Assembly (NCBI GenBank): GCA_018819225.1
Contig: JAHJQN010000001.1
Location: forward strand, 1 to 64,000
Source: Candidatus Micrarchaeota archaeon
GTDB taxonomy: Archaea > Micrarchaeota > Micrarchaeia > Norongarragalinales > SBBD01
Direction of reading: 5' to 3'
Length of the DNA: 64,000 nucleotides
Shown: positions 50,759-61,484 of the stretch, piece after piece
How the letters are laid out: each line of letters starts with the position of its first letter
Position numbering within the stretch: the stretch's first letter is position 1
Notes under the pieces: generated by a model
Database searches by the model: none
The model's input: the letters and a program-made list of their open reading frames with translations, nothing else
Told to the model about the DNA's origin: nothing
Position numbers and translations under genes: made by a program

Positions 50759-50770
50759 TAGGTGAAAATA

Positions 50771-52018
50771 ATGAGAATTCAAGCAGTATTCCTGGCGTTC
50801 GTGGCCCTTGTGGCATTGTTCTCCCAGCATGCGCTTGCGGAAACGTGTTCGTCCGTAACGATTACGACGAGCACCGCTTCCTCGACGTTAACGACGGGAA
50901 CGAGTGCCGTAATCAGTTCGACGACGACCGCCAGTGGTTCCTCGTGTACAGCAGACATTCGTCTCGTTTCTACGGGCCAAGCGACCAGTTCTTCACTCAC
51001 GGTAAGCGATCCAGCTGCCGGATATCATCAGGGAGTAAGTGTCAGCACGTCCGGGACCAGTAAATCGTTTACGGTAACAGCAGGAACCGCGGATGCCTAC
51101 AATTATTACGTGACGGCCGGCAGCTCTCAATCCACGACTAAAACAATTACGTACGTGAACCCCAGCACCATTACGATTGCCGGTTTTCCTACAACAGTAA
51201 CGACGAATTCCAGCGGAAACAGTTTTACGCTTCAGCTCACGCTGACCAACCCGCAAGCCAGCGACATTACGACCTCGTATGAACTCTCGCAAAGCGGATC
51301 CGCGTTTACATTTGCAGGAGATCCCACGAGTAGTTCCTCGACAACGGTTAGCGCGTCCTCGAGCCGCATTCTTCAATGGACGGTCACGCTCGCAAGCTCA
51401 TGGAGCGGAACGCAAACCATTTCATTCCAACTCGGAGACAACGCGGGCGCGTTTACATCCGCAGTAACGTATCCAGTCGCAACAGCAACGCCTTCTCCAA
51501 CGGCTACAGCGGACGGAAGCGGTTCTCAAGGAAACTCGAACAACCAGCCCACTCCCCCCACGGCGACTCCCGTGCCCAGTACGCCGACTCCCACGACCTC
51601 AAGTCCTACACCCACGGTGTTAACGCTTCCTCCGGAAACCGGCGTGGAATCAATTTCTCAGGAAGATATCGCGGAATCCGAATCCTTGAACGAAGACACC
51701 GTAAACCGTTTGATCACGCAAGTTGAAAACTTAATGAAGCAAGTGGAAGCGCAAGGCGGGAACACGCTGGATGCGCAACAATTGATTGCGACTGCCCGAC
51801 AGCACATGGAAGAAGGAAATTACCAAGCCGCGTATGAGGCCGTACTGGAAGCCCGAGACAACCTGGAGGCCCAACTTCGCGATTATTCGGACGTTCCCGG
51901 TTTAGGATTCCAAAGCCGTTCGAACATCTTCATGTTCATCGTCGTATTCGTGTTGCTCATCGGAGGCGTCATCGGATACTATAAAATGGCTAAAAAGAAT
52001 CCCAAGAAATTGAAGTGA
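50771..52018 (+). CDS. Ser/Thr-rich surface protein with C-terminal TM anchor
   Basis: Signal peptide, S/T-rich domains, PT linker, helical module, TM and basic tail. Confidence 0.8.
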   Translation: MRIQAVFLAFVALVALFSQHALAETCSSVTITTSTASSTLTTGTSAVISSTTTASGSSCTADIRLVSTGQATSSSLTVSDPAAGYHQGVSVSTSGTSKSFTVTAGTADAYNYYVTAGSSQSTTKTITYVNPSTITIAGFPTTVTTNSSGNSFTLQLTLTNPQASDITTSYELSQSGSAFTFAGDPTSSSSTTVSASSSRILQWTVTLASSWSGTQTISFQLGDNAGAFTSAVTYPVATATPSPTATADGSGSQGNSNNQPTPPTATPVPSTPTPTTSSPTPTVLTLPPETGVESISQEDIAESESLNEDTVNRLITQVENLMKQVEAQGGNTLDAQQLIATARQHMEEGNYQAAYEAVLEARDNLEAQLRDYSDVPGLGFQSRSNIFMFIVVFVLLIGGVIGYYKMAKKNPKKLK

Positions 52019-52082
52019 ACGAAAGAGAATACGGATGACCATTAAAACCGCATTATCCGTTAATAGTGAAAGGTGAGAGCCC

Positions 52083-52343
52083 ATGGGAAAGAAGTACCTC
52101 ATTCAATACGATCGAAATAATTGCATCGGAGCTGGAACCTGCGTCGCCGCAGACCCCGATAATTGGAGCATGAATGACGACGGTAAAGCGGATTTGACGA
52201 ACGCTCAAACCAATGCGGCCACCGGATTCCTGGAAAGAGAAATAGATGAGAACGAACTCGAAAAAATGAAGGAAGCCGCGCAAGGCTGTCCCGTTAACGT
52301 CATCCACATCATCGACAAGGAAAGCGGGCAAAAAATCATTTGA
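52083..52343 (+). CDS. Monocluster ferredoxin (likely 3Fe-4S)
   Basis: CIGAGTC...CPVNVI, with the second Cys replaced by Ala. Confidence 0.9.
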   Translation: MGKKYLIQYDRNNCIGAGTCVAADPDNWSMNDDGKADLTNAQTNAATGFLEREIDENELEKMKEAAQGCPVNVIHIIDKESGQKII

Positions 52344-52346
52344 GCA

Positions 52347-52946
52347 TTAGGCGGATACGCCGAGTGCACGCAAGTCTTTCTTTAACTGTTCGATATTCTC
52401 GAACACGATTCCGTGCAGCCCCGCCTTCCGAGCCGCCACCACATTCTCCTCCTTATCATCCACGAATATCGCGTTGCAAGGCGCCACGCGCAAGCGTTGT
52501 AACATGATGGGGTAAATGGCCAAGGACGGCTTTTTGACGCCCGCTTCCCCTGAAACCATGGTTTCATCAAACAACGTACTCAAACCGAACTTGCGTTCCC
52601 ACGCTTGGTGCGCCTCCCAATTGTTATTCGAAAGTAAAGCGATTTTATAGCCCTTCATCTGCAAGTTCTTGATGAGGTTGCGCATGCCCGGAATCTCGTT
52701 GACATACCGCGTGGTCCAGTAATCCCCTTCGCCCGCGATCACTCCGTGCAAGTCGAAAATGATCGCGCGATTCAAGAAATGCGTGCGAAGAACCGTAACG
52801 ACCGCGTTCACCAAAACAAAACTGGCCGCCAACCAAATAAAGATCTGCGAATTGCTGTTGAGAATGGCGAGATCCGATAGAAGAAACGCCGCGAACAAGA
52901 CGAACGTGGCCAGTAAACGATATGACGTAAATTTGACGAGCTTCAT
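52347..52946 (-). CDS. HAD-family phosphatase with two N-terminal TM helices
   Basis: IIFDL.GV, LSN, KP..IY and FVDD...N...A..AG motifs. Confidence 0.85.
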   Translation of the reverse strand: MKLVKFTSYRLLATFVLFAAFLLSDLAILNSNSQIFIWLAASFVLVNAVVTVLRTHFLNRAIIFDLHGVIAGEGDYWTTRYVNEIPGMRNLIKNLQMKGYKIALLSNNNWEAHQAWERKFGLSTLFDETMVSGEAGVKKPSLAIYPIMLQRLRVAPCNAIFVDDKEENVVAARKAGLHGIVFENIEQLKKDLRALGVSA

Positions 52947-53056
52947 AATAATCGAATTATGAAAAACGGGGTATTTAAGGACATATCGTTATTGGGGGAA
53001 CCGACGTTTAAACGCGATCCATGAATTTAAAAACCATTAAACCATTAGAAACGCTC

Positions 53057-54274
53057 ATGAAAACCGTTCCATACGTTTTAATGCTGGGAGTCGTGCTTCT
53101 CAGCGGATGCATCACCATCGAATTCGACCACGAATTCCGTGCGGACGGTTCCTCGAAACTCGTTCAAACCATCGACTTTACGAAAACCGTTGGCGCCATG
53201 CAATCCCTTGGCAACAACATTCCCGAACAGACTTCAGAACGCTTTGATTGGAACGTGACGCTTCGATATGCACCCAATGAAATGGACCACACGTCTGATT
53301 TTGGATCTTGTTCAGGTTATCTGAATGAAAACGAAGAATCCATTCGACAAGGAACATGCCGCAACTTCCAAGTGTTCCGCTCCATGAATGTGCAGGCCAT
53401 GGTACCCGAAGCGGGTGGCGAGCTTTCCTTTGAATTGGTTAACATTGGCGCAGGAGATTTTGATATTATCGAAGTAGAAGTCAGCGGAGACGGAGCCCCC
53501 GCTTCATGCGAGGCTCCGGGCATGATTTCGGAAGGCGAATCCGGAGAGGTGCGCTGCATGGGAATTACGCGTCCTCTTCCTTCTCCAACACCCGACGCAT
53601 CCGAAGCGCTCGCGCAATTTCAAGAGCAATTGGATGCCATGTGCGTCAACTTGACCACCAAGAATCCCGACGCGGAATGCGAGCACGCCGGAAACAAAAT
53701 CATTGCCTCGATGGAATTGGAAAACGGCAATGGATATTCCTTTACGTATACCCTGGGATTCCCGTACAACGCGTACGAAGTCGAAGTGGAAAGCATTCAA
53801 AGCTCTTCATCGGATATGCCCCAGCAAGACGGTTCGCCGAGCGTTCCCGGGCTCTCAACCGACGAACTGCGTTTCAAGGATGAAAAATTGGCTGCGAGCG
53901 TGGCCATGTTGTCCGCGGGAGGCATTGAAATGACGTATACGGTGCGCATGCCCGGAGAAATCGCGGAAGCACCGCGAGCGCAAATCATTGAAAACGCGGC
54001 CGAATTCGATTTGATGGAAATGATCGAGAAAGGCGAGAACCCGAAAGTCAAGTCGCGCGAATTGAATCTTCCGTTTGTCGCGGGTGCGGCCGGCTTGCTT
54101 CTCGTCTTGTTAATCGTCGTGTTCTTCTTTGTCGTGAAGAAACCCCCGCAACCCTCGTCGCGAATCAAGGCCTCCACGCCGTATCCCCCATCCTCCCCCG
54201 TTGACGAACCTCCGAACAAGTACAAGAGTGTGTTGGAGACGTGGAACCAAAACGAGCGCAAGCCGCCCAATTAA
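53057..54274 (+). CDS. Lipoprotein-like surface protein with C-terminal TM
   Basis: LLSGC lipobox-like motif, ..DGS, MPGEI; TM and Pro-rich tail. Confidence 0.7.
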   Translation: MKTVPYVLMLGVVLLSGCITIEFDHEFRADGSSKLVQTIDFTKTVGAMQSLGNNIPEQTSERFDWNVTLRYAPNEMDHTSDFGSCSGYLNENEESIRQGTCRNFQVFRSMNVQAMVPEAGGELSFELVNIGAGDFDIIEVEVSGDGAPASCEAPGMISEGESGEVRCMGITRPLPSPTPDASEALAQFQEQLDAMCVNLTTKNPDAECEHAGNKIIASMELENGNGYSFTYTLGFPYNAYEVEVESIQSSSSDMPQQDGSPSVPGLSTDELRFKDEKLAASVAMLSAGGIEMTYTVRMPGEIAEAPRAQIIENAAEFDLMEMIEKGENPKVKSRELNLPFVAGAAGLLLVLLIVVFFFVVKKPPQPSSRIKASTPYPPSSPVDEPPNKYKSVLETWNQNERKPPN

Positions 54275-54335
54275 AAATTGGGATTCGTTGACGTTCAAAG
54301 GCAAACCAAAAGGTACTCGCGCGTTAAAGAGAAGG

Positions 54336-57300
54336 TTAGTCGACTTTCATGACAACCTGTACCTTGCCGGTTCCGCACGGAATGGTTTGTCCGATGATGA
54401 TGTTCTCGGCAATACCGCGCAGGTAATCCGTCTCGCCGGACACGCACGCGCTCACCAAGTGCTTCGTGGTTTCCTCGAAAGCCGCCCGAGCCAACACCGA
54501 CGATTTTTCTCCGGCCAGACCGTGGCGTCCGATGCTGCGAACCGAACCATTGGACGTCATCATGTCCGCGATCAAACCGATATGTCGGGTGTCCACCCTC
54601 AAATCCTGCGCCCGCAACACTTTAAGAATTTCCTCGATGATGCTGCTGCGAGCGGCCTCGATACCCAGCACGCGTTGAATCTCCATCGTATCGTTCGTGG
54701 TGGTTCGGAACGAATCCACTTCCGGTATCTGAAGAACGACTTCCAGGTTACTGCCCTCCGTGGCAATCGAGTACTCGCCGTTCTTTTCAAGGAGAATAGC
54801 CCGGTGAATGCCCGGAACGCCTTTCAGGACAATTTCCTGTAGCTTCGTCGTCGTCTTTCGGATGATTTTCAATTTCTCTTCCTTCGGAATCACGAAAATG
54901 GCCTCGCCACGGCGCTCGTAATTCGCCACGCCCTTGATCAGCTTCAACACGTCTTGTTCCTCGATCTTCAGTTCTTTGAGCTGGTCCTTGTTGAGCATGA
55001 CGCGAATGCGTTTGCTTTCAAAATCTTCTTTGATCACGGCGACTTGATTGAACGAGACTTGAGCAAGACTCGTTGCAATCTGAGTGACACGCTTTACGTC
55101 TTTCTTAAACTCGTCTTTGAGCACGATATCCATAACCGGACTCTTCGGAGTTTTGCGCGCGTCCACGATTTCCACGAGACGCGTAAACCCTAATTGAGCC
55201 AGCGAAGCGACTCCAGCGTAGTGGAAGGTTCGAAGCGTCATCTGCGTACCGGGCTCGCCAATACTTTGCGCCGCAATCACGCCAACGGGATCCCCGTAAG
55301 CAATCTTATTTTGACTCGCATCCAATCCATCATCACCGTACTTGAACTCCACCATCGTTCCTTCCGCATCGCGCACGGATGCGTCGGGGTAGACCGTCAA
55401 ATCCTGTAACGCGTTGATGAGTCGTCTCTGCATGTACCCGGTTTTCGACGGATTGACTCCCTTGTCCACGACCGAGTCCCTGCCTCCCGCCGCATGGAAA
55501 AAGTATTGCAGGGGATCCAATCCTTCCGTATAATTGCTGTTCACGAAACCGCGCGCTTTCCCGGAATAATCCCCTCGCCGAAAATGCGGCAGGATGCGGT
55601 GCGTGTAACCGGCTGTCATGCGCTTTCCGCGGATCGCCTGTTGTCCCACCATGGCCGCCATTTGCACCACGTTCAACAACTTGCCTTTGGCACCGGCCTT
55701 GCTCATCATAATGGCCGGATTTTGGTTCAACTGAAGGTTTCCGAAAAACGCGGGCGTCTTTTGAATGGATCGCAGAATGGTTTTTCCGCAGCGGTCTCGC
55801 GTGTTCTCCAACGTGCCCATGACTTTTTCTTCAAACGTTTCTCGCAACGATTTTCCGGGTTGGCGCACCAGTTTTCGTTCGCGTAACGAGCGGACGAGTT
55901 TTCGCACGTCGTTATTGGCCTCGCGCACGTATCCGTTAATTTCCTTCCGGGCATCTTCAGAAATCGTGTAATCGAACAAACTGAGCGACAAGCCGTAACG
56001 AGTGGCAATGAATGAAGTCATCATGGTGAGCCGGTCCAAGAACATCCGACAAGCGTCGCTCCCATATTGAGTGTAAATGAGTTTCGTGAGCGAATCGTTC
56101 GTGCGACTGTCCACATGTCCTTCCAAGAGTTTTCCGTTCTTGATGCGTACGGTCTTACCCACCTTATTCGTGCTCTCGAAATTGAATCCTTTAGGGAGAA
56201 GCAAGCTGAACATCTCGGGTCCCGAAACATCTCCCGTGACTTCATCCGTCAAACCCGCGGAATTCAAGAACTCGCATGCCTCCCCCCGCGAAAACTTGAC
56301 GTTCGGAATCGTTAACAAATAGAGACCGGAGATCTGGTCCAAGTCCGCGGTAATAATGGGTCCGCCGTGGCGCGGGGAAAGCACTTGATCCTGCACTTTC
56401 ATGAGAATCTCGGCTTCCGCTTGCGCTTCCTCGTTTTGAGGAACGTGAATGTTCATTTCGTCCCCGTCGAAGTCCGCGTTGTACGGCCGACAATCCGCCA
56501 CGTTGAAGCGGAACGTCTTCCCCGGCAACACCTTTACCGTATGACACATCATGCTGATCCGATGCAAGGAAGGCTGGCGGTTGAAAATCACGATGTCGCC
56601 ATCCATTAACTGCCGCTCGATCGTATACCCGATAGTAATTTCGGAAAGCGTTTCTTCCAGGTTAACGGGAGTGACTTTCTTGCGCTTTCCGTCCGGACGA
56701 ATCACGTAATTAATTTTATCCATGTTGTCCGCGATCAGCTTCTTCGTGAAATCCAAATTCCATTCGTTGACCGTCAACGGAAGCGTGAGTTCCTTGGCAA
56801 TCGCGTTCGGAACCCCGAGTTCGTTGATGCCGAGAGTCGGATCCGGTGAAATCACGGTACGGGCTGAAAAGTTGACTCGCTTGCCCGACAAGTTGTACCG
56901 GAAACGGCCTTCCTTGCCCTTCAAGCGCTGGAACAACGTCTTCAATTGACGCCCCGAACGATGGCGAGCCGGAGGAATTCCTGCGGTTTCGTTGTCAAAG
57001 AACGTGACGACGTGATACTGCAACAGTTCCCACAAGTCCTCGATAATCAGTTGCGGGGCACCCGCGTCAATGTTTTCGGCGAGTCTCTGATTAATTCGAA
57101 TAATGTCCACGAGCTTGTGCGTCAAATCATCCTCCGATCGCTCACCGGTTTCCAACGTAATGGAAGGACGAACGCTCACCGGAGGCACCAACAAAACCGT
57201 CAGTACCATCCACTCGGGGCGTACCGCGACGCCCACGCGCTTCAAGCTTTCATCGGGAACGCGTTCCAGTCTCTCGCGAATTTCGGAAGGAAGCAGTTTA

Positions 57301-57722
57301 CGGTCATCTTCAAAGAATGACGTCGGACGAATAAATTTAATGGTTTTCTGCTTTTCGTTGCAGTGCGGACACTCCGCCGTTTTCTTGGCTTTATCGAGTG
57401 AGTTGATTTCCACCAACAGCTTACCGCAGCGTCGGCATGACGCCTTCAATAACTGGAAAAGGGTTTTCGCGAATCCCACGTGCACGACCGGCCGCACGAG
57501 TTCAATGTGACCAAAGTGGCCGCTGCAACTCTTCATGCGTCCCCCGCACGTCTTGCATTTCAAACCCGGGTCAATCACGCCCAAGTGTTGGTCCGCGAGA
57601 CCGGCCGCGATCGGATAACCGTCTTCATCGTACGTGTCCGGCACCGTAATTTTAACCGTGCTCAAGCTGCGTACTTGCTCCGGGGAAAAAAATCCAAACT
57701 CAATGCGTTCGACGACTTTCAT
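54336..57722 (-). CDS. rpo1: RNA polymerase largest subunit, A' and A'' fused (Rpo1)
   Basis: NADFDGDE, TGYMQRRL, QSIGEPGTQMTL and ARAAFE all lie in one ORF. Confidence 0.97.
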   Translation of the reverse strand: MKVVERIEFGFFSPEQVRSLSTVKITVPDTYDEDGYPIAAGLADQHLGVIDPGLKCKTCGGRMKSCSGHFGHIELVRPVVHVGFAKTLFQLLKASCRRCGKLLVEINSLDKAKKTAECPHCNEKQKTIKFIRPTSFFEDDRKLLPSEIRERLERVPDESLKRVGVAVRPEWMVLTVLLVPPVSVRPSITLETGERSEDDLTHKLVDIIRINQRLAENIDAGAPQLIIEDLWELLQYHVVTFFDNETAGIPPARHRSGRQLKTLFQRLKGKEGRFRYNLSGKRVNFSARTVISPDPTLGINELGVPNAIAKELTLPLTVNEWNLDFTKKLIADNMDKINYVIRPDGKRKKVTPVNLEETLSEITIGYTIERQLMDGDIVIFNRQPSLHRISMMCHTVKVLPGKTFRFNVADCRPYNADFDGDEMNIHVPQNEEAQAEAEILMKVQDQVLSPRHGGPIITADLDQISGLYLLTIPNVKFSRGEACEFLNSAGLTDEVTGDVSGPEMFSLLLPKGFNFESTNKVGKTVRIKNGKLLEGHVDSRTNDSLTKLIYTQYGSDACRMFLDRLTMMTSFIATRYGLSLSLFDYTISEDARKEINGYVREANNDVRKLVRSLRERKLVRQPGKSLRETFEEKVMGTLENTRDRCGKTILRSIQKTPAFFGNLQLNQNPAIMMSKAGAKGKLLNVVQMAAMVGQQAIRGKRMTAGYTHRILPHFRRGDYSGKARGFVNSNYTEGLDPLQYFFHAAGGRDSVVDKGVNPSKTGYMQRRLINALQDLTVYPDASVRDAEGTMVEFKYGDDGLDASQNKIAYGDPVGVIAAQSIGEPGTQMTLRTFHYAGVASLAQLGFTRLVEIVDARKTPKSPVMDIVLKDEFKKDVKRVTQIATSLAQVSFNQVAVIKEDFESKRIRVMLNKDQLKELKIEEQDVLKLIKGVANYERRGEAIFVIPKEEKLKIIRKTTTKLQEIVLKGVPGIHRAILLEKNGEYSIATEGSNLEVVLQIPEVDSFRTTTNDTMEIQRVLGIEAARSSIIEEILKVLRAQDLRVDTRHIGLIADMMTSNGSVRSIGRHGLAGEKSSVLARAAFEETTKHLVSACVSGETDYLRGIAENIIIGQTIPCGTGKVQVVMKVD

Positions 57723-57730
57723 ACTGCATG

Positions 57731-59557
57731 CTACCCTCGTTCTTTCGCCACCAGCTTCGGAAAGATTCCGATGCTCTTCATTTCATCCAATAACAGTTTG
57801 AACGCGTACGACATTTCGACTTCGGAAACCGACGAGCTCTTGCACAACGGACAATACACTTGCCCCTTGATTTTATCGAATACGGATAATGAACCGCACT
57901 TGTTGCAAACCAATTCAACGGTTTTATCGGAACTGTCGATCATTCGCTCCTTAAGCAAGGAAGCCGCGCCATATCCAATGAAACAATCCCGCTCCATTTC
58001 TCCCAGACGCAAACCCCCTTCCCGCGCACGGCCCTCCGTCGGCTGGTGGGTCAGCAATTGAACGGGTCCCCGCGATCGGGCGTGCATCTTCAAGCTCACC
58101 AGGTGGTGCAGGCGCTGGTAGTAAATGACGCCAATGAAAATCTTCGCGGAAAGCATTCGCCCGGAATATCCATCGTACAAGGTTTCCTGACCGGTTTCCC
58201 GGAAACCGTTATTTTTGAGAATGGATTCGTAATCTTCTTGCGCGTCTCCTGAAAACGCCGTGCCATCCTGAATCGAACCATTCAAGCACGCGGCCTTGCC
58301 TCCCAACATTTCCAGCAAGTGACCCGCCGTCATACGACCCGGAATCGCGTGCGGGTTAATGATGAGATCCGGAACCACTCCGTCCTTCGTAAACGGCATG
58401 TCCTCTTGAGGCACCAACAACGACACGATTCCTTTTTGCCCGTAACGTGAAGCAAACTTGTCCCCTATTTCGGGAACGTTCGTCTTGCGAACGCGCGTTT
58501 TCACGAACTTGTTTCCAGCAATGCTCTCGGTAACCAGTACCGCGTCCACCACGCCGTCTTCATTACTGCGCACCGTGACCGAGCTCTCGCGGCGTTTTTC
58601 CGTTTCCACATCCAAAGCCGAAATCTCTTTCAGGAAACGGGGAGGCGACGTTTTTCCTACGAGCACGGAGTCTCCAGGCACAACGGTTTCCGGAGAAATC
58701 ATGCCATCCGTATCCAAGAACTTGTAAGCGTCTTCACCGAGATAACCTTGCACGTATTCGGGCGGGACTTCAAATTTGTCCTTCTGACCGCCGGGGTAAC
58801 GGCGTTCTTCCGCGGAATACGACCGGTAGAACGCGCTCCGGCCCAGCGCTCTCTCGACAGCCGACTTGTTTAGAACGATCGCGTCGTTCATGTTGAATCC
58901 GTAATAGGACAGGACGGCCACCACCACGTTTTGCCCGGATGCGCGTTTCTGGTTCTGCAACGCGTCGTACACGCGCGTCTGAATAATGGGACTTTGCGGG
59001 TAAAAGAGCGTGTACCCCCGCGTTTCCGTTCGCAAGTTGAAGTTTGAGGCGTACAAGCCCAAGCTTTGCTTCGTGTGCTGGGCGGCCATGAGAACTCGCG
59101 GAGCCATATTATGCTCCAGAAACGGAATTTGGTTGCTCACATAACCTAACATGCCCGCCGCATCGATTTCCAAGTGAGTCGTTTTCGGATCCAAATCTTC
59201 CTCGGTCAACGCGATGTACGCGTTTTCCTCTTCTTCAGCGTCCAAGTATTCGATGATTCCGCGGGCCACGAGATCATTCCAATGCAATTCTTTTTGGCGC
59301 ACCTTCTCCAAGTGCTCGGGATGCAGCAACGGCTTTCCGGCCTTCACGACAATTAAGGGACGGCGGGCTCGCCCCTCATCCGTGTTAATGAACACTTCCC
59401 CGGTTTTCGGGTAGAATGCAATATTGACTTGCGAATCCAAATCGCCTTTTCTCCGCTTTTCCTTGATCTCGTTGGCGAGCTTCTCGCCGCTATCGTGGAA
59501 TCCCACGAAACGCCCGTTCAGGAAAATGGATGATTTCATGGAAGCCATACGAATCAC
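57731..59557 (-). CDS. rpoB1: RNA polymerase subunit B' (Rpo2C)
   Basis: GDKFASRYGQKG, REGGLRLGEMERD and Zn ribbon. Confidence 0.96.
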   Translation of the reverse strand: MIRMASMKSSIFLNGRFVGFHDSGEKLANEIKEKRRKGDLDSQVNIAFYPKTGEVFINTDEGRARRPLIVVKAGKPLLHPEHLEKVRQKELHWNDLVARGIIEYLDAEEEENAYIALTEEDLDPKTTHLEIDAAGMLGYVSNQIPFLEHNMAPRVLMAAQHTKQSLGLYASNFNLRTETRGYTLFYPQSPIIQTRVYDALQNQKRASGQNVVVAVLSYYGFNMNDAIVLNKSAVERALGRSAFYRSYSAEERRYPGGQKDKFEVPPEYVQGYLGEDAYKFLDTDGMISPETVVPGDSVLVGKTSPPRFLKEISALDVETEKRRESSVTVRSNEDGVVDAVLVTESIAGNKFVKTRVRKTNVPEIGDKFASRYGQKGIVSLLVPQEDMPFTKDGVVPDLIINPHAIPGRMTAGHLLEMLGGKAACLNGSIQDGTAFSGDAQEDYESILKNNGFRETGQETLYDGYSGRMLSAKIFIGVIYYQRLHHLVSLKMHARSRGPVQLLTHQPTEGRAREGGLRLGEMERDCFIGYGAASLLKERMIDSSDKTVELVCNKCGSLSVFDKIKGQVYCPLCKSSSVSEVEMSYAFKLLLDEMKSIGIFPKLVAKERG

Positions 59558-61029
59558 GATATCGCGTGCATCGACAACCCAATTTTCTTGAGTTCCTGTT
59601 CCACCGGCTTTTCATCCGTTCCCGTGGACACCTCGCAGAAAATCGCCAAGCTCTTGATCAAACCGCAATTAGGCCCTTCCGGAGTTTCGTTGGGATCCAA
59701 ACGCCCGAAATGCGTGCCGTGCAAGTCCCGCGCCTTGTGATGCGGGTGTTTCTTGGCCAGCGGGGAAATGACTCGGCGGGAAAACGCGATACTGGAAATG
59801 TAGTTGTAACGGTCTACGGGTTGACAGACGCCCGTATGACCTCCCATCCAATTGCCGGTTGCCATCGAGTATTTCATGCGCTCGGTCAACGCGTCGGGTC
59901 GAACGATCGTGAACAACGTCATCTTACGTCTTCGAATGTTCGCGCGCTCGAGTTGATACGCCACGTCCTTCACGAAGAACTGAAACGCGTAACGGAATAA
60001 TTCTTCCATGAGCTTTCCGGAAATCTTCAAACGCTTGTTCGAGTAATGATCTTTATCTTCGACTTTTCGTTTTCGGTACGCGACCATGATCGCGCGCTCG
60101 GCCATGCGGCACAAGTAATACGCCTTGGATTGCCGGTCCTTTTCCTCGACGCCGATGTGCGGCAATAAGTATCGATCGATTAATAGTTCGGCGCGCTTGA
60201 GCTGGTAGTCCACGGGTTGCCCTGGTGCCGCACGCTTGCCAATGGCCTCCATGGCGTCCTTGCGCGTCTTCACGTCCGAATCGTTTTCCCAGTTCAACGA
60301 CAAGTCGTTGCGAATTTCCGGCAAGTCCGTAAACGAGTTGAAGACGCGGTCCTTGCGGTCCAAGCCCAACGCTTTCAATAACAGCATGAGCTCCACGCTT
60401 TTATTGAACGAGGGCATGGTCACCGTGACTTTCCCGTCCTTGGTGCGGTCTACCGTGATGCGTCCTCGGAACCCCATGCGCGTCGAAAACACTTTCGCTT
60501 GCACGAGATTCTTTTCCTTTTCGCGTGAAACGAATACGCGGTTGGGCGCCAGATCCTCAATGCTCATCAACGCCTTTTCCGTACCGTTGACAACGAAATA
60601 GCCGCCCAAATCTCGCGAGTCTTCACCCGCTGCAACGAGCTCTTCCGGCGACATCTTGCTTAAATGACAGAGCTTGCTCTTCACCATGACCGGCAGCTCT
60701 CCGATAAATACGACTTCCGTGCGGCCTTCGCTACCGGAAAAGTACGGCGTGATCTCCAGGAATAGGGGAGCCGAATAATTCAAGTCGCGCAAACGCGCTT
60801 CCAAAGGATGATAGACTCTCCGGGATCCATCCGCTTCCGTCACAGAAGGCTGGCCCACCGAAATTTTTCCAAGTTTCAATACGAGGTTTTCGACTTGGGG
60901 TTCTATAACGCCTTGCGCATCCACAATTTGTTGTAATCCGTGGTCGACGAACTTGTTGTAACTGTCGATGAACTGACCCACTAGGCTTCGTTCCTGCAGA
61001 TAGTCTTTCGTCAGGTCCGCGAAATACAT
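59554..61029 (-). CDS. rpoB2: RNA polymerase subunit B'' (Rpo2N)
   Basis: GGYFVVNGTE, DHYSNKR and ETPEGPNCGL motifs. Confidence 0.96.
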   Translation of the reverse strand: MYFADLTKDYLQERSLVGQFIDSYNKFVDHGLQQIVDAQGVIEPQVENLVLKLGKISVGQPSVTEADGSRRVYHPLEARLRDLNYSAPLFLEITPYFSGSEGRTEVVFIGELPVMVKSKLCHLSKMSPEELVAAGEDSRDLGGYFVVNGTEKALMSIEDLAPNRVFVSREKEKNLVQAKVFSTRMGFRGRITVDRTKDGKVTVTMPSFNKSVELMLLLKALGLDRKDRVFNSFTDLPEIRNDLSLNWENDSDVKTRKDAMEAIGKRAAPGQPVDYQLKRAELLIDRYLLPHIGVEEKDRQSKAYYLCRMAERAIMVAYRKRKVEDKDHYSNKRLKISGKLMEELFRYAFQFFVKDVAYQLERANIRRRKMTLFTIVRPDALTERMKYSMATGNWMGGHTGVCQPVDRYNYISSIAFSRRVISPLAKKHPHHKARDLHGTHFGRLDPNETPEGPNCGLIKSLAIFCEVSTGTDEKPVEQELKKIGLSMHAIS

Positions 61030-61076
61030 ATCGAGTGCAAACCTCCCCTCCCGGCCATTCTCCCAAAACGATCGAA

Positions 61077-61313
61077 TCACGCTTCCACAATAATGCGGAA
61101 GTACAATTCGTCTTTCTTCGTAACAGGAGAAACGCGAATACATTTGATGACGTCCCCGGGCTGCGCATTCAACGCCTTGGCCGCAGGGTCTTCGTGCAGC
61201 ATGGACGGCAGATTATTTTTCTCAATGCCGTAAGTATCCAATAATTTCTTGACCTCTTCATCAGTAGCAATCGATTGTTTCGGGAGAAAGACGTGGGTAA
61301 AATCTAGATCCAT
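61077..61313 (-). CDS. rpoH: RNA polymerase subunit H (Rpo5)
   Basis: HVFLPK, LP....DP, GDVIK..R.S and YFR motifs. Confidence 0.95.
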   Translation of the reverse strand: MDLDFTHVFLPKQSIATDEEVKKLLDTYGIEKNNLPSMLHEDPAAKALNAQPGDVIKCIRVSPVTKKDELYFRIIVEA

Positions 61314-61484
61314 GCAACCACTATTAGCTGAAGGCAAATAGGAATCCCTGAAGGGGAAGTATAAGGCTTAGTAAACAAAGTTTATAAAGGTTGTCCCCGA
61401 ACGGGCGTCTTTCATGGGAAGGAAATGCCCAAGTGTAAAAAAGGTTTTTAATTGCTATGCTTCCTATTGGTATGAGGGGGCAAC

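Noticed and set aside
52347-52946. HAD motif I lacking the second Asp (DLHG)
   Set aside because: Common in YihX-like HAD phosphatases; not unusual.
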